The position numbers and the translations under genes were made by a program. This document shows, in pieces, positions 61,701 to 64,000 of a stretch of DNA of 64,000 nt; position 1 is the first letter of the stretch, and each line of letters begins with the position of its first letter. Source of the stretch: Trichoplax adhaerens (taxonomy: Eukaryota > Animalia > Placozoa); the NCBI RefSeq assembly GCF_000150275.1, contig NW_002060959.1, forward strand, positions 184,371 to 248,370, read 5' to 3'. The notes under the pieces are model-generated. The model was not told where the DNA came from. It was given only the letters and a program-made list of their open reading frames with translations, and did no database searches.

Positions 61701-63603
61701 TACACTATGCCTAATCGTGTGAAAAGCAAGATCACTCGCATCAATTAGTTTATGTAATTCATTGCAAAATGGTTAACAGCTTACCGAAGCTGGGAGCAGA
61801 TTCCTCACTTTCTTTATATGGCTCTTCTTCCTTTGCAATTGTTTCAAAAACATATTGAAAAACTGCATAGAATCCCTAATTGATCAATTATTGATATCAG
61901 TTACAGTTCACATCGTGAAAATGTCCGTAACTGCAGATCAGGTATGACGTGATCCGATACATTCGATATTGAAATTTTTGCATCAATGTGTATAAAATTG
62001 ATCGCAAATGCATGGTTTTAATATGTACGGATAGCTTTTAATTAAGCTAATTTTCATCGGGATAAAGATTAATCAATTGGAAGGTGACTTTCTATAATAA
62101 GAGACCTATCTGTATAGCAAGGTTCATAAAGATTGGTCTTTTTTAAGCGTTTCACTTATAGATTTTAAAATTTAAACATGTCGTAGAAAACGGATCACAT
62201 TGTATAACAAGATTCGTGCGAGTGTACAGAGAATTTCAACCTATGCAGCTCAAATACCACTAATATATTTTTAAGTTAATGCGTTATTACCCTTTCAGAG
62301 ACTGATTTCGTCCTTAAGATTGGTCGCAACCAACGTTACGAATCTTACGGACAAAATCAGTCTTAAGGCCTGCCGTAACAAATATGCAAAGGAATATAAA
62401 GTCTATGATAACTAGCTGCTATCAGATTCCATAATCGAATTCTAATCTAACAATTTCATAAGCTTATTATTTTAAATACTAGGAACCTTCTCATCGTCTC
62501 CGTAGCCATTATATGCACTAGATTTAAAGAATTGCATAAGATTCAGAGAATCGTGCACATAGTCCTCTCCTATAACATGAAGAACAAGGAAAGGTATTAA
62601 TGAAAGGACATACTAGACTTTACTAGTGTAAATTATCAAGCATGGATTCAACGCCATGATCACAATAAGAGACTACCGCTCAAAAGAATAGGTAATCAAC
62701 CTGATTTTAAGCCAAAAGACAATTACATTTGAATAATCGATTTGAAAATCATTAAATTGTAAGACCTTGTTCTAGAAAGATGCGTGATCTATGTGCAAAG
62801 TCTACGATGTGACTATATTCAATCTTAAGAACTATTATTACTGATACAGCAAAGGTATTAAAAAAGCGACGAGAAAAATCGAATTAATTAAATAAATGTA
62901 GACATTCCTTTAAACATTAATAAAAAATTTTCTGATTTAGCTGCTACACAATTTGGTTGAAATCTATTTACCTTCGTGTAAAAGAGTTTCACGGTGTTTA
63001 TCGTACCTGATGATAGATTAAATAGCGACTATACATTAAACATTACAATCAAATTAAGTTGCAAAATCTTCGTTTTAAATGGCGCATAAAACCTTCGTAT
63101 CATAAATCAAGTTTTTAAACTAAACATTCCTGATTAATTAGTAATATCATTAATAATAATTCCCTTCTGTATCATAGAAAGTAATGAAGTGTCAGCTAAA
63201 TTGTGTAGTAAGCTAGTTGAGCAAGTAAAATACAAAAACTATGCTTATCCATTTATTCGCAAGTCATATATACAAGGATATAGTTTGAAAATGACCACTT
63301 AGGTTAATGTAGATTACACTAACGTTAAAGTTTTCACTCTACATGAAGCTAGATTAATATAAAAATTGATGACGAAATCTTATTTATTCCAAAGTTAACA
63401 AAATTTTAATCGATACATATAAATTACGGTTGCTACCCAGTATTATAAGTCGTGAGATCATTGGCACTTGAAAGAGTAAGAAATCTTTACAACTTAATCA
63501 TTGACATACCAAGCTCGTTCATGAGGATCGGAGAGAACTTCATATGCTCGTAAAATTTCAGTAAATAGTTGAGTATATTCTTCAGCCTGATTAATATTTT
63601 TAT
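58743..63603 (-). CDS. DNAJC21: DnaJ homolog subfamily C member 21 (Jjj1-like); 5'-partial, 20 exons in window
   Basis: Phase-consistent GT-AG exons: 63510-63603, 62972-63006, 62487-62569, 61785-61875, 61614-61639, 61420-61503, 61200-61289, 61064-61114, 60878-60957, 60742-60790, 60591-60657, 60427-60496, 60242-60342, 60092-60143, 59952-60005, 59745-59798, 59524-59566, 59226-59344, 59059-59143, 58743-58931. They encode the J-domain end (DKN...AYEVLSDPHERAWYDKHRE), GYGDDEKGFYAV, APNRRTQRLMEKENKK, and zinc fingers CIVCNKFFKTIKAFRNHERSRKH and CNKCMQVFSTRNKLFQHIKETGH. The start and the HP of the HPD motif lie beyond the window. Confidence 0.93.
62299..62363. repeat. Near-perfect inverted repeat (26-bp arms, 13-nt loop) in a DNAJC21 intron
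   Basis: Left arm agactgatttcgtccttaagattggt against the reverse complement of the right arm, agactgattttgtccgtaagattcgt: 23 of 26 positions identical. Confidence 0.9.
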
Positions 63604-64000
63604 CTATATATTGATTAGTAAGAAATACCGAGAAAAACCTTTGTGAGTAATCTGTATGATAAACAAGTGCCTATATCCAATGCCTACGTAAGTGTTATCG
63701 AAAACTGAATAATATCACATTACCATCAACGCGACAGAATTAATCGACATTTAATATCTAATACGAGCAAGCGACTGAAATTACTATCGTACTTAATCTG
63801 CCATGAGCGACTATTGTCACATACATAGCGATGATTCTGATACTATTATAAAAGATGTCATGGTAATTGATTGCTATTTAAATGGCTTAAATTAACTTTT
63901 CTAGTGCAAGACTTTGAGTAGAGTGATAGCTTACCACAATCCATTCTAACCGGCTAAAAGTATTATTATACCCAAAGTAGTGTTTGAATATCAAATGCTT

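Noticed and set aside
1-64000. CRISPR array, rRNA, tRNA or operon-type systems
   Set aside because: No regularly spaced repeats or RNA-gene signatures seen; the sequence is eukaryotic with spliceosomal introns.

Overview
AT-rich eukaryotic (animal) genomic DNA with short GT-AG introns and one 50-N scaffold gap. The composition and gene content suggest a placozoan (Trichoplax-like); this is an inference, not checked. Eight protein-coding genes are supported. (1) An intronless SV2/SVOP-like MFS transporter. (2) An intronless 1015-aa secreted, probably GPI-anchored protein with an N-terminal His1 LPMO-like domain, 2 EGF-like repeats and 4 Met/His DOMON domains; this is the most interesting item. 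(3) A 4-exon CARD-like/NB-ARC/TPR immune-receptor-type gene that joins two separate ORF-track entries. (4) A 2-exon Myb/SANT-like coiled-coil gene resembling Harbinger-transposon ORF2. (5-7) Three tandem intronless CYP4-clan P450s. (8) The last 20 exons of DNAJC21, which I reconstructed by hand. The intergenic DNA holds decayed elements missed by the ORF track: a Gypsy RT fragment, a LINE RT fragment around the gap, solo-LTR-like islands, a class A GPCR relic and a dispersed repeat. A near-perfect 65-nt hairpin lies in a DNAJC21 intron. All family assignments come from motif recognition; no database search was run.
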